A DNA stretch of 64,000 nt from positions 26,474,001 to 26,538,000 of the forward strand of contig NC_092674.1 of the NCBI RefSeq assembly GCF_964355755.1, given 5' to 3'. Positions 51,001-64,000 of the stretch are shown one piece after another. The notes beneath the pieces are model-generated. The model saw only the letters and a list, made by a program, of their open reading frames with translations. It was not told the DNA's origin and searched no databases. Position numbers and translations under genes: made by a program. The stretch comes from Antedon mediterranea. Taxonomy: Eukaryota > Animalia > Echinodermata. How positions within the stretch are numbered: the stretch's first letter is position 1; each line of letters begins with the position of its first letter.

Positions 51001-51306
51001 AAAATTAACAATAGAACTTGGTTCAAATCAAAGCGTGGTAGACAGAATAGTACCTATAGTAAAAGTACAAATAGAACTTGGTTCAAATCAAAGCGTGGTA
51101 GACAGAATAGTACCTATAGTAAAAGTACAAATAGAACTTGGTTCAAATCAAAGCGTGGTAGACAGAATAGTACCTATAGTAAAAGTACAAATAGAACTTG
51201 GTTCAAATCAAAGCGTGGTAGACAGAATAGTACCTATAGTAAAAGTACAAATAGAACTTGGTTCAAATCAAAGCGTGGTAGACAGAATAGTACCTATAGT
51301 AAAAGT
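51001..51306. repeat. 60-bp tandem repeat, 5 essentially identical copies
   Basis: Lines 51061-51300 are identical, and the first copy differs only at its start. Confidence 0.97.
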
Positions 51307-54300
51307 GTATAGAATGTATATATATTATATAATATAAATTCCAACTGAATAATAACTTATACTTTCTACCCAATAAGGAAATGTTATTGTTTTCTTTATA
51401 CTTTCGTTATCAGCATCCGATGTAATAATTTGACCCTAAAGAGAAGAGACCTAATTACATAACTATTTCATAACATTAGTGTTATTGTGAAAACTAGTAT
51501 GACAAACAGTACAGAAACATAGGCTTACTGATGTTACCAATACCAATAAAGAGGTTAGGTGACTCTGTGTATTTTACCTGCTTGAGTTACGCAAGCTATT
51601 CACTCAATGTTTCAATCCTGAATACACACATGCCATATTTGTTGAGAATACCAGTTTCTGTGTTCAGAAATAAGATATGACGAAAGAATGCATTTAACTG
51701 CAAAGTCAACAGTTCTTATTTTGACAGTTGTATTTTCCTTTCATGAATTGTGGCCTACATTTTGCAACAGTAATATTTTATTTGGAATGCAGCCTTTCTT
51801 TGGCTCTCAGAGGGGTCCAACAAATTTAAGTTCAGAGGCTTTAAAAAATGGATGCAAAGTTGAGAGAAAATTTACTAGTGACAGTGCAGATCTAGCATTT
51901 CAAAATGATAGTAGGTCTGGCAAAGTAAACACTTATTCTATGTACCTTTCAACATAATGGAAAATTAATGATTTTATAACATTGTAAAGTTGCTACTGTA
52001 CAACAGTACCTATTACACTGTGTGACATGTTTAATGTACCTGACCTACTCATCTCATGTTTGACCTCATTATCTTTCATTTTCTCTGGTTCATGCAAAGG
52101 TCAAACTCCAATGCATTACTGTACCTTTCTGTCATGCAACTTTTATACATTAGATCGGAATGACTGAGCGGTGACAATGTGACATAAGTATTGCCTGCTG
52201 CAAGTAATTCACTTCAATGTAACCTAGTGACAATTCAAATTATAATGTCATGTACCGTTAGCATATCTTGCAAGTAATGTCACCTATAATGACAATTCAA
52301 ATGTCATGTACCTTTGGTGTAAGTTAGTTTATAATTGAAATAGCTGGTGACAATGTGAAATTGTCATAGCCTGTATGGATTAAGAGTGACATATTTTGTT
52401 CAGAAGTTAGCAAATAATTCAATTGATAATTAGACAATTATCACAGAGACATTATTTTATTTGTTACCATCAAAAATGTCATTGTAAGAATAGAATATTT
52501 TTATGTCAAAAATTAATGTAACCAATATAGCACTGCATGTTTAGTTTTAGCGGGAATTAATAAAAAAATGTTATGAGTGAGGTGAAGGAATTTTGATCTT
52601 TAAAGATAGGAGATGGGGACATCCCTATAATATAGTTGAATTGAGGGTGGTATGTTTATATAGAGTGCCATGCTATAAAGTTTTATACATACAGTAAAAG
52701 AATGTTTGTACAGAAATACTGTAGACTAAGCTTGAATGAGATAACTATAAACGCATTATTTGCCAACATGCATACAGTAGCTGAGCTCACGGATTTAAGG
52801 TCCCACCTACAGTAGCCTAAATGTTGAGGAATACAATGGATAAGAAGTAGGGGTTGTTCAGTTCAGCACTTCATTTTACTAGGCCCCTTCCAGTTCTAAA
52901 ATCTTATCTGCCACTGGTATTAGAGAATTATCAAGTACAGTAGAGTATTATAATTAGGAATTGTATACAATTCTTTACGTTAAACCAGAGATATGTACAT
53001 GTGCTGGTTTAAAATAATTATATACAGATACTTAATATAAAACCAGATGAACATTTTTCGAACATAATTAGGACATGCATTCGTAAATTTAGCGCATCAT
53101 TCATTAGTCTAGGTCTGGACTATCATTCCAGATTACTCATCTCTAAAAAATTTCAACCAGTTAATTGATTATACCTGTGCCTGCCAAAACTGTGATTTTA
53201 ACTAAAGGTCAGTTTTAACGCAAGTTGTTAAACTTTTATTGATAGAATTGTCTAAGCAATGGGAAAGTGTTGAATACCTCCATCAAGGTGCCATTTACTG
53301 TCATTAAACTTGCTAATTAACCCTATGAAATCTTCCATTAACGACATCTCAGATATCTAATGCATTTGCTTTGTGTTAATAAAGCCCACCCAGTACGGCC
53401 TGTATGTAGAATACTTTCACTTAAGATGCCATGCTCCTGACATAAACTTTGTAAAGTATTGTAAACAAAAACACTCTGTTTCTCTTGTTTATTTCATCAG
53501 TAGGTTTGTTATGATGGAGTTTGCCAGAAATAGTTGTGTCTTGTCTATCTGAATAGGTCATAATCATCTAAATATTCTGGCAACCAGGACGGGTTTAAGA
53601 TACCACCGAGTTCAAGATACCGGTAAATGTCTACCTCAAGTGTACAGCTAGATAATTAATGACATCTTCTTGCAGATTTTGTTTTTAAAATTTTTATTAT
53701 CAGGAAAATTAACAAATTAATTATGATCTCACCAGCATATATGTACTATGGTTGGTAAGTTTCAAGGAAATTTTTTTCTTTTTTGATTGTAGAGATAATT
53801 TAGGGTATTTTGAAGGGGTGGGATTTGTGGACCATAGGGAAGTTAAAACAAGATTGTTTTTTTCTTACTCTCTCATAAGTACACACAATGTTGCTTTGAA
53901 CGAGTAAGCTATGCACGAAATAGTACTACAACATTTTTATTCACAGACATTCTTAAAATTGTTTGTTTTGTATAAAAATTTAAGATAACTGAAGATAGTG
54001 TGACTTGAATTAAGAATTTTGAAAATGAAAATTGATTGTCCATTTTGTAGTGGCATGAGAATGGTACCATTACCCATCTGTCTTGAAAGATATCCCATGC
54101 TACCCCACAATGGGAATTATGGAATTTTGAACTTTTCCTTTACACATTGTAGCTTACAGTAGGCCTACTTTTGTTCAAGTTACCACTGTCCAGGTGTAGT
54201 GGAAAAAGTTCCCCAGGACGATTGATAAATGATATATATTTCCTCTTCACTGTAGCCTTTGCATTGTGGTATTAATATTACATATCAGATGATATTTTAT

Positions 54301-55139
54301 AATTCATAACTCTTTCAGATATCAAAATACTTAGCAATTTAATATTTTTCTTTGATATCAAGATCCCAAAACTTGGCGTGGTAACAAATTGTATTTATTT
54401 TGTCGAAAATTGATGTTTATTCGTTATATATAATTATTTTACTTAATGTATAATTCTTTTGGGACACTCCTATTAAGGGGATCCCTGTGGAATAAAGAAA
54501 GGGCAATATTTGTTATGGCCAACCTCAGTGGACCTATATATAGAAAACACTGTGTTACTATATAGGTGTCTATAATGGAGTTACTATAATTTTGGTGTGA
54601 GTCGGTGTGGGAGGCTGTACGATGAGGTAATTTTAGGTGCCAAATGATGAGGACAATTCTTCTACCCACTATAACAAATAAATAAACCAAATCATCAGTG
54701 TACAAGATGCCCATTGTTGGAGAAACTTCTATTGCTAAACAAAGAATATAAACTTCGAAAAACATTCATGATCTTTATTTTATGATCTACAATACAAATG
54801 TAGTTAAAAATTACTATTAATTATTAGCTATCAGTCCTAAAATATTTCCACCCACTATAACAAAAATAAACCAAATGAATATACATTGTTGTTGTACAAC
54901 ATTGCTCATTGTTTCAGAAATGTTGGTTGTAATTAATAAAAACAAATTTTGTATAAACTTTGTGTATTTTTTTTTTAAACCATAAAAATACAGTGTTGCT
55001 ACCTTTGCAGTAAACTTAATAAAACATTGTGTGAACTTTTAGTCAACCACCAACCAGAGTAGAAAACAGTAGGGCAAGTTGCTACTGTACAGTATGTATA
55101 ATGGGCACTTTGTAGAGGAAGGAGGTCTGATGAGAAGAG

Positions 55140-57165
55140 AAGTGGTGTGATGAGGTAGACGATGGGATGAGGGAGGCTGTGCGATGATGTATGTAGTTGG
55201 TGAGGGAGGCTGTGCGATGATGTATGTAGTTGGTGAGGGAGGCTGTGCGATGATGTATGTAGTGTGGTGAGGTAGACGATGGAATGAGGGAGGCTGTGCG
55301 ATGATGTACGTAGTTGGTGAGGGAGGCTGTGCGATGATGTATGTAGTGTGGTGAGGTAGACGATGGGATGAGGGAGGCTGTGCGATGATGTATGTAGTTG
55401 GTGAGGGAGGCTGTGCGATGATGTAGGCTGTGCAATGATGTAGGCTGTGCGATGATGTAGGCTGTGCGATGATGTATGTAGTTGGTGAGGGAGGCTGTGC
55501 GATGATGTATGTAGTGTGGTGAGGTAGACGATGGAATGAGGGAGGTTGTGCGATGATGTATGTGGTGTGGTGAGGGAGGTTGTATGATGAGGAAGGCATT
55601 GCGCTGATGTATGTAGTGTGGTGAGGTAGACGACGGAATGAGGGAGGCTGTGCGATGATGTATGTGGTGTGGTGAGGGAGGTTGTGTGATGAGGAAGGCA
55701 TTGCGATGATGTATTTAGTGTGGTGAGGTAGACGATGGAATGAGGGAGGCTGTGCGATGATGTATGTGGTGTGGTGAGGTAGACGATGGAATGAGGAAGG
55801 CATTGTGATGATGTATGTAGTGTATTGAGGTAGACTATGGAATGAGGGAGGCTGTGCGATGATGCATGTGGTGTGTTGAGGGAGGTTGTGTGATGAGAAA
55901 TGCATTGCGATGATGTATGTAGTGTGGTGAGGTAGACGACGGAATGAGGGAGGCTGTGCGATGATGTATGTGGTGTGGTGAGGGAGGTTGTGCGATGATG
56001 TATGTGGTGTGGTGAGGGAGGTTGTGTGATGAGGAAGGCATAGGATGATGTACAGTATGTAGTGTGGTGAGGTAGACAACGGAATGAGGGAGGCTGTGTG
56101 GTGAGGTAGACGATGGAATGAGGGAGGCATTGCAATGATGTATGTAGTGTGGGGAGGTAGACGATGGAATGAGGGAGGTTGTGCAATGATGTATGTGGTG
56201 TGGTGAGGGAGGTTGTGTGATGAGGAAGGCATAGGATGATGTATGTAGTGTGGTGAGGTAGACGATGGAATGAGGGAGGCTGTGCGATTATGTATGTGGG
56301 GTGGTGAGGCAGGTTGTGTGATGAGGAAGGCATTGCGATGATGTATGTTGTGTGGTGAGGTAGACGATGGAGGCTGTGCGAGGGTATTGCTAAACCCCGC
56401 AAACCCCTGCACACCTCCAAAAAAACATAGCAAACCCCATCGAACCAACATAAAAGTGATTGAATCATGTATTGTACAACCCACTGGGTATATCCATGTA
56501 AAAAAAATATTATATTTTTACTGTTAACTAATTATTTTTTGGGGTAAAACATCATTTTTTGGTCAAAAATGATTGCTAAACCCTGCAAACCTCCAAAAAA
56601 TATACCAAACCCCACCAAACCAACATAAAAATGATTGAATCATGTAGTGTACAACCCACTGGGTATATCCATGTAAAAAATATTAAATTTCTACTGTTAA
56701 CTACTTATTTTTTAGGTTTAGCAATCATTTTTGACCAAAAAATGATGTTTTACCCCAAAAATAAGTTGTTAACAGTAGAAATTTTTTTTTTTTTTTACAT
56801 TGATATACCCAGTGGGTTGTACACTACATGATTCAATCACTTTTATGTTGGTTCGGTGGGGTTTGCTATATTTTTTTGGAGGTTTGCAGGGTTAAGCAAT
56901 CATTTTTGACCAAAAAATAATGTTTTACCCCAAAAATAATTAGTTAACAGTTAAAATGTAATATTTTTTTTACATGGATATACCCAGTCGGTTGTACACT
57001 ACATGATTCAATCACTTTTATGTTGGTTCGGTGGGGTTTGCTATGTTTTTTTTTAGGTTTGCGGGGGTTTGCGGTGTTTAGCAATACCCCTGTGCGATGA
57101 TGTATGTAGTGTGGTGAGGGAGGTTGTGCGATGAGGGAGTCGACGTGGGAGACTGTTGGATGAGG
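55140..57165. repeat. Modular G/T-rich minisatellite interrupted by a transposon
   Basis: Modules GAGGGAGGCTGTGCGATGATGTATGTAGT, GAGGTAGACGATGGAAT and GAGGAAGGCATTGC occur in varying order, and the array resumes at 57090. Confidence 0.92.
56382..57089. mobile_element. Merlin-like non-autonomous foldback element
   Basis: Termini GGGTATTGCTAAAC / GTTTAGCAATACCC with an 8-bp TSD CTGTGCGA (56374-56381, 57090-57097). The body is two ~175-bp units followed by two inverted units. Confidence 0.8.
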
Positions 57166-60100
57166 TAGGTAAAAGGTTTAGCTATCTGTGTAGGTGCATA
57201 ATACCTATTTCTGTGAATGTTTTCTTAGGAATTGATTAAAAATGCTTCTTGTGTGTGGGTGGCAACATACAGTACAGTATTATGTTGTGACTGTTACAAA
57301 AATATGTTTGTAGGTTTTGTTTGCAAGGCTACAGGTGAATGACTGGCTTGAAGGCTACAAAAGCAACCAGGGAACAACTTGAGAACACCTCATAAAGAGT
57401 TAATGAACTTAAAAAGTGCAAAAAACATGATAATGTTCAGTAATTACAACCCTTTAGCTATCACAACACATGCATTTACACTGATGGACACATCAAGGAT
57501 ATTTTCCAGTGATTTTCTTCATTTTACTTTGAGCTATTAGGTACCGGTACCTTCTCACTGGGCTCAAATCCAAAACCTTTACTACATCACTGCCTAAAGA
57601 TATTTATACTACATTAATAATAATTTGCATTTTAATAAGCATGGATTGTACCTTAATTCTTCCTGGTATTCCTAGGTACCTTGCTGGATAAGGCTCTAGA
57701 TAATTTAAGCTGAATATGCATCGAGATCTCGATACAGGCTTTTAGACTTCTATTTTTGTCATGTTTTTGTAGACTGTATTCTTACATATTGTATGTACAC
57801 TTCATGTGCTTAGAAACTTCGGATGAAATTGTGAACAAATTAGAAAAACTCAATTTATTCAAAAAGATTTTGATGCTTTAAAATAAAATTTAATGACAAA
57901 AAAGATTGACGTTTTGGAACCATCATGGAACCATTCTCAAGAACAAGTGAGTAAAATTAACAACTAAACAAAATGCAAAGTACAAATGGGTGAAAGAAAG
58001 ATAATAACATCTTACAAATAAAAACATCATTTTTGTTGTGTCCAAAATAGAGCATCATCATCTACCTCATCAGATTGATCATTATTATTTTTCTCCTCCT
58101 TCATTTCCTCAAACTTCATTTACTTGTTTTTTATTGTCTTTACCTATCTTCTCATCTCATCATCATAAATTATTTTCAAAGAATGTTATTAAAATGAGCA
58201 TTTTATTAAATGAGCATTCTTTTGGTGAGTACAGTTAAAACCAATGGTTTGGTATTGTGCAATGAAATATGATAGAATGTATGAGTAAATACCACTAATG
58301 AAAATGAATGCGCAGTATGTAAATTCTGTTTCTGAGGTTAAATGATAAAGATATTGATGAGGAGTGATATCAATACTGATGATTGATAAGTCTAGACAAT
58401 GTCTTCTAAAGGAGCAATAGTCATCATCATCCAATGTGTGTAAAATTAGTGTGAATAAATTAGCTGTATTTTTTCTTGGCAGCTGAAAATTCCAGTTAGA
58501 TTTCATTTTAAAAGAAATGAAATGATTGGATGATGGAATCACAATTTGCTAATATTTTTTGACCAATAGGTTTTCATGAATGTAGCTAGAAGTTTAGGGG
58601 GAAGAAAATGTAAGTTCGAGGGTGATACAAAATAAACAATTTTAGAGAAGGGTGAAATGAAATGTATTTGTATTTATCTATTTCTTCTTTATACTGGGGA
58701 CCTCTTCATAAAAGACTAATCTCCCTAAGGAGCCAATATAAAGACAAACAAACAGTTACAAAGTTTAAAGACAAAACACAAGATAAAAACACACCAGGAA
58801 CCCCTGTTAAGATTACCCCCTATTAATTAATAGCATTCCAGGTTTTGGTTTAAAAAAAGTTTTCTAATGTTCCAGTTATTTCTCGCTCTTCGAAATAGAC
58901 TATTTTAATTTAAAATACCAAATTCTATTCTACAAAACACATCACATTATCCGGATGAATTAATTAACCAATTTCATGTTCGCCTTGTTGTGTTCATGAC
59001 AATAAAGATTTATCTTATCTTATGTTATTTAGTCTTCATCCCCTTATTCAAAACTTGGCATCCATGTTAAATTGTAAAATTATAAATTGTATTAAATAGG
59101 GTAATTGTCACTAAATTGGAATCGTCTTTTTAGGAAAATGCAACTGTTTTATGGATAAATAAGTCGTCCCTTTAGTATTTTGGTTGTCAATCCCAAGTTT
59201 AAATACAATCTATCAAACATTTTACTAATATTGCAAGCAATATCAAACCAGTTAACTTAATTGCGGACCAAGGATATCACTGATTTAATTGTCGATACAA
59301 TGGTAGAGAATTATCAATTGTAAACTATTAAATATGTTTGGGACAGCTTTAAACTGAGGAGGTGGTCTTTTGCATTTTCATTTGTCGTACAGTATTTATA
59401 AAAATATTACATTATTTTCTTTCTTGACATCTTATTTATTTATAATGTCCAAGTTTATGTTGGTTTTAGCCTGAATTTGTTGACAACAATATTATTGTAT
59501 CATCAGTCCGTCTATCCCTGTAGTCTAATTCTTTACATCTTTAATTTCACTATAGTGTGGTAGCTTGTAATGGTTTAATTCTTGGATTCATGGCTATTCT
59601 ATTTATTGACCAGGTCAAAGTTGACTATTTTACAAAAAAACAGTAATACCCCTATTAAGAGGACATGTTTGGGAATTACCCAAAAAAGTGACTCAATAAG
59701 GGATTCTCTTGCATAAGTGTTAGCCGTATTTATGTTATTGCCCCTCATTCATTTAAAGCTTGGTTCCCACTAGAGACAAAACACAAGGATGTAACGTAAC
59801 GTAAGTGATTTTACCAATCACAAGCGATGGATTATTTGAACAGTGGCTTCTCATGGGTCAACTCGCGTGCGCTGCGCGTACGTCCTTGCGGTGCGTCCTG
59901 CTTTACTACTGCCAAAACTGTTCTTTTAAAAGGGCAACCCCTAAATAGAGATTTCTAAATAGAGATTTCCCAAAAGAGGGGTTCTACTATATCAGATATC
60001 TTTTCAATCATTAATTAACCATTATTAAATTTTTAAATAAATCACAATTTTATCAAGGGATAGGATAAGGTAGAAATGTCCGCATCCAGAAATAATCATG

Positions 60101-63100
60101 ATTACCCCACGGATTGGATCCGGTCATTATATCTACATTTATTCGTATAAATTATAATGTGAAATTAACTATCTCGCCTATCATGGCTTCAAATCTCAAA
60201 TACCTACTTAATACTGGACTTCATAAGATCCGAATGACCAATGACGTCAATGTTTAGGGTTGTTGAGGCGATTCCATCGCTGGAAATAATCTTTGGGAAA
60301 ATTTGGGATTAAATTACCATTGGATTTTTTATGAAGGAATATTTAAGGATTCTTTAGGGTACAGTATAAATTTAATTTTAAATTATATTTAAAGATCAAT
60401 TTAACAAAAATGTAAATACTGCTGACACCAAATAATCAAAATCTACAATGTAATCAGAAGTTCCTTTTCCAGAAACCAAAGCATTTTTTTTTGTACAAAA
60501 AGAATAATAAAGCCTACAATAGGCATTAAATTTGTCCATATTTTTTCATTTTTATATGGTACAACTGTACGGCATAATAGTAAAATCGAAGTTCTACATT
60601 AATTTATTCTATTGAACATAAAAAAAAGTACAGGTTCTCTCAATAAAAACATTGCTCTCTGAAGGTTGGATTTAACACCTTATTATTTGCCTTTATAATC
60701 AACCAAATTTGTTCTTTATGAAAAAAGATTAAAGGAAATTAACTTCTTCGATACGGTATTAGATATTGAACAAAAATTTGTGAAACTGATTTAGAAACTT
60801 ATTATTTTGTAGTTTTGTACAAGATTGTATCTTGTGTAATTTGTTATTTTTTTGTTCATATCATCGTTGTGAATCTCATTTTTTTTAAAAGATTAATTAT
60901 AGATAAGGTTTGAATCGGAACAGTGTACTGTTTGTAACCCATTGCTTGTCTAATTTACGTACCTGAATATTGTCATAACTGCGTAACATTTCTGTGACAA
61001 GCAGTGAGGGCCCGCCTCTTACTTTTTTACCTCTTAAAATGCAAAATAGTACAAAGCTTTGAAAAGAATACATAGTTTGAAATTAAGGTATTTTTTAGTA
61101 AATTTCAGAATATGCTCTTTGTAGGCTAAAACTCTGTCTAAAACTTAATGTGTTGTCATATCCCTACCATATTTGGGCATATCACTACCATAGTACCATA
61201 TCACTTTTTTGTCATCAATTTATAAATTATTGAATATTGTTTGTTTAACATTATTAATTGTTTATATAAATTCTTACATATTGAAAAAGGTTAGTGACCA
61301 TTAAACTGGTTGACCTTTCTTGACCTATTACCTAGGACCATTTAAGTTATTGGGTTGGAATTGGATGTAAATAAATTAAATTGAATCTGTTAAAAGCTTT
61401 CATTTAAGGAGATGTAGCAAAGAAGACCAGTGGAAATTGTACAAAATATGTATACAGAAAGTTGTAATAATAGCAATTATGGATTTTAATTGTTGTAATG
61501 GTACTAATGTGGCTGTTGGAGCCTTAGGATATTATCCCAATATGAAAGGTAAGCTAATAGCAATACAGGCCTGCTCTATCCCCAATGATGTTATAGAGTG
61601 ACTTCTAGTTAAATTTAAATAAACTCTCTGGCTCTGATTTTTTACTATATATTTTGTTAAGTCAAGATTCCAGTAGGACCTGTTCGGACTTTACAATTTA
61701 GGTTACACATATAATTGAGTTTAAAATCTAAACACAGCCATAGACTAAATTTTTCTTGTGCACCTCCAAACTTGTTGTATGTTTTGAATCTGTTCCCATC
61801 TCAAACCCTTCCAAATATGGTCATTGTGTGTGGACGACTTTCCATATTTTCCATAGGGTACAATACATCCTGTGAAAGGTGCCCTCTAGTGAGAGTTACA
61901 GTATCAATAATACCAACATCGTAATTTCTTTTTTTATAGTAGGCCTACCACCCGACTCTCTGCCCTATACTGATATCTCTACATATCACACTTTGTGTAT
62001 TGCAATAGGCAAGTTCTGTAATTATAGTATAATATGATCACGTATCACTGTATTACTGAATGTTATGGTTAAGGTTAAGGCCCATGATACAGGTGTCACA
62101 TGTGATTCATATGTGACACTGTATTACAGAATTTGCCAATATTACTGGATACAGTACCGAGAATTTTCTAAATCCCTAGGAAGCATTGCAACAAACACGA
62201 CAAACATTGTTCACATGTCAACAAAGTAATCAAATTATTTTACCAAAAAAAATCAATTTGCCATCTATCAAATAAAGAAAAGCATCTAACAAATAAAAGA
62301 TGATTTATTTCTTGCCTTAAGAAAAGCAATCAACACTGTAGATCTGAATTTATAGTATAATATAACTGTAGCCACTTCATAAATTATGATATTTTTGTAA
62401 TTTAATATCATCCTGGTTTGACATTCTAGCTCTTATAACTATATTTGATACATCTGCAAAAAAATGCCGAGCTACTGTGGCAGACTTTGCAACGGAAATT
62501 TGTTTATTTTATTTTTCCATAATATTATATACAAAGTTCAAGATGTACAGTTACGTTATAGTTATGATATTTCTTATGAGCGTGGTCAAGCGTTGATATA
62601 AATGAAAAGCGTGCAATAATTATGACAATTTTATAATTTTTACTAAATTTGGCCAGAAGGTATGAAGGTGTGTGTGGTCGGTTATGGCATTCGTGACTTT
62701 TAAACTCCGGTATATCATCACTACAGTCGTTACTTTAATGCCTTAAGCTTTGGTCTCAATTCTTAGCAAAAATATTTATCTTCTCTAAAGGAAAGTCTTG
62801 ATTATAAGTCATTTCTGACCTAAATATTCTGTTATAATTTCTGGGGAATAGTTCTTAAGGCATTAAATGGCTCTGCACAGATGTCAGAAGTATCTTGGTT
62901 TCTCAATTTTAAAAACTTCGGAGAATACTAACTAGGTAATATTGTTTATACCACATGATTGGTAAGTTAAATTTTATTATATTGAAGTATATTATTATTA
63001 TTATAAATATTGTTGTTCTTTTTGTTTGTTTAAGTTTCTTACGCATCCAACTGAGAAAACTCACAGGATGGATAAACTCTTTTATAATGTATCGTGCTTA

Positions 63101-63106
63101 CAAACT

Positions 63107-63240
63107 AAGTCTCATTTGAGGCTTAGGGAGTGGAGTTGAAATAGTTGTACATAGTTATAAGCCTGGCACTAGGTCAGGATGGAACCATGGAACTAGGTTA
63201 AGATTGAACCCTGGACCTTGGGATTGGAAGGCAAGCATGC
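63107..63240 (-). mobile_element. tRNA-derived SINE fragment (related copy at ~20360-20460)
   Basis: Shared AAGTCTCATTTGAGG and ACCTTGGGATTG(G/A)AAGGCAA blocks; B-box-like GGTTCAATC on the minus strand. Confidence 0.55.
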
Positions 63241-63319
63241 AGATTGGTACATGGTTTTAGTACAATACTAAAATATTTGGGATTTTTAAGCGAGTATTGT
63301 TGAAGACTCCTATCACTAA

Positions 63320-64000
63320 GGGTATGTTCAGACTCACGGAGTTACGGTGGAGTTATCTACGCAAGGCGTACGGTAATCCGTGGCGTTAAAAGTCAAGGTG
63401 TTCAGACACAACGATTAGCATTCCAAACGTCTTGCGTTTAAAGCGGAAGTTCCGTCATACCGAAACGGCCGATGGGATACATACACACAATAAAACAACA
63501 ACAGAGCTGAGAGTGACACGCGCGAAAGTTTACAACACTAGCTAGGCCTAGCAATATAAAATACAATGTTACCTTCAAATGTAATGGTTTTTTTTGCCAA
63601 TTTTTTTGCAAATCCTTACAGAATCATCGAACATAATTATTACACGGACAATGACTTTGCCATTATTTGTATGATTTTAATTAATTTTGTGAAATCATGT
63701 CGCCGACGCCAACTTCGTCAGGAAGAATTTTGCAGTTTAGATGCAATTTCTTTAAAAACAGCCATCTTGTTGCCGGCGCTAGCTTTCCAATTTCTAATTT
63801 CTATCTTGTCTATAAATTCAGGGCTGCCCCATAATGAAATCAAATCAGCCACTTCTGTACTTTTCCATGTAACACGTTTCATTTTAATTCGAATGTTGCT
63901 GTTGATCTAGGCTAGCTCGAGGAATAGGCTATATCAAAGAACTTCTTTGGCTATATTGTTTTGCTATTAAAAAAAACCTCGCGAATAGACTGCTGCTAAT
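63320..64000. mobile_element. End of a PIF/Harbinger element, running off the window
   Basis: TAA followed by a GGGTATGTTCAGAC terminus, with an internal Myb/SANT-like pseudogene. The other end is not visible. Confidence 0.6.
63718..63882 (-). pseudogene. Myb/SANT (trihelix-like) DNA-binding domain remnant
   Basis: MKRVTWKSTEVADLISLWGSPEF...NKMAVFKEIASKL* has the W-x3-E-x3-LI-x-LW pattern typical of Harbinger-associated Myb/SANT proteins, and it has a premature stop. Confidence 0.65.

Noticed and set aside
50920-51337. Repetitive ORFs or a CRISPR-like array
   Set aside because: The units are contiguous and identical with no spacers, the context is eukaryotic with no cas genes, and the ORFs follow from a 60-bp unit.
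54999-56484. 489-aa and 481-aa His/Pro/Thr-rich ORFs on the minus strand
   Set aside because: They overlap in different frames across a C/A-rich minisatellite that lacks stop codons and they start inside a transposon, so they are a compositional artefact.

Overview
AT-rich, intron-rich eukaryotic DNA from a marine invertebrate, probably an echinoderm or other deuterostome (inferred, not proven). The left half holds three spliced minus-strand genes whose exons I walked by hand. They are a DEG/ENaC (ASIC/BASIC-like) channel (8 exons, ~459 aa), an MFSD8/CLN7-like transporter (10 exons, ~521 aa), and a large secreted protein with SVEP1-like N-terminal architecture but a VWC-VWD-C8-TIL tail. At 36603-40045 sits an internally rearranged Academ (XPG/PIN + Cys-rich) DNA transposon whose left arm is an inverted copy of its own 3' end. 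The right ~22 kb is gene-poor: one candidate first coding exon, minisatellites, a Merlin-like foldback element and the start of a Harbinger element. The most notable signals are: (1) a Penelope-like fragment with an intact type I hammerhead ribozyme and a 217-bp hairpin, nested in a Helentron-type element inside a channel intron; (2) 24-38-bp palindromes with 7-8-bp target duplications that look like P-element excision footprints; (3) a strong excess of TAGGCCTA/TACAGTA-type footprints; (4) an intronic minisatellite built from 5' splice sites. All coordinates were read by eye and no database searches were run.
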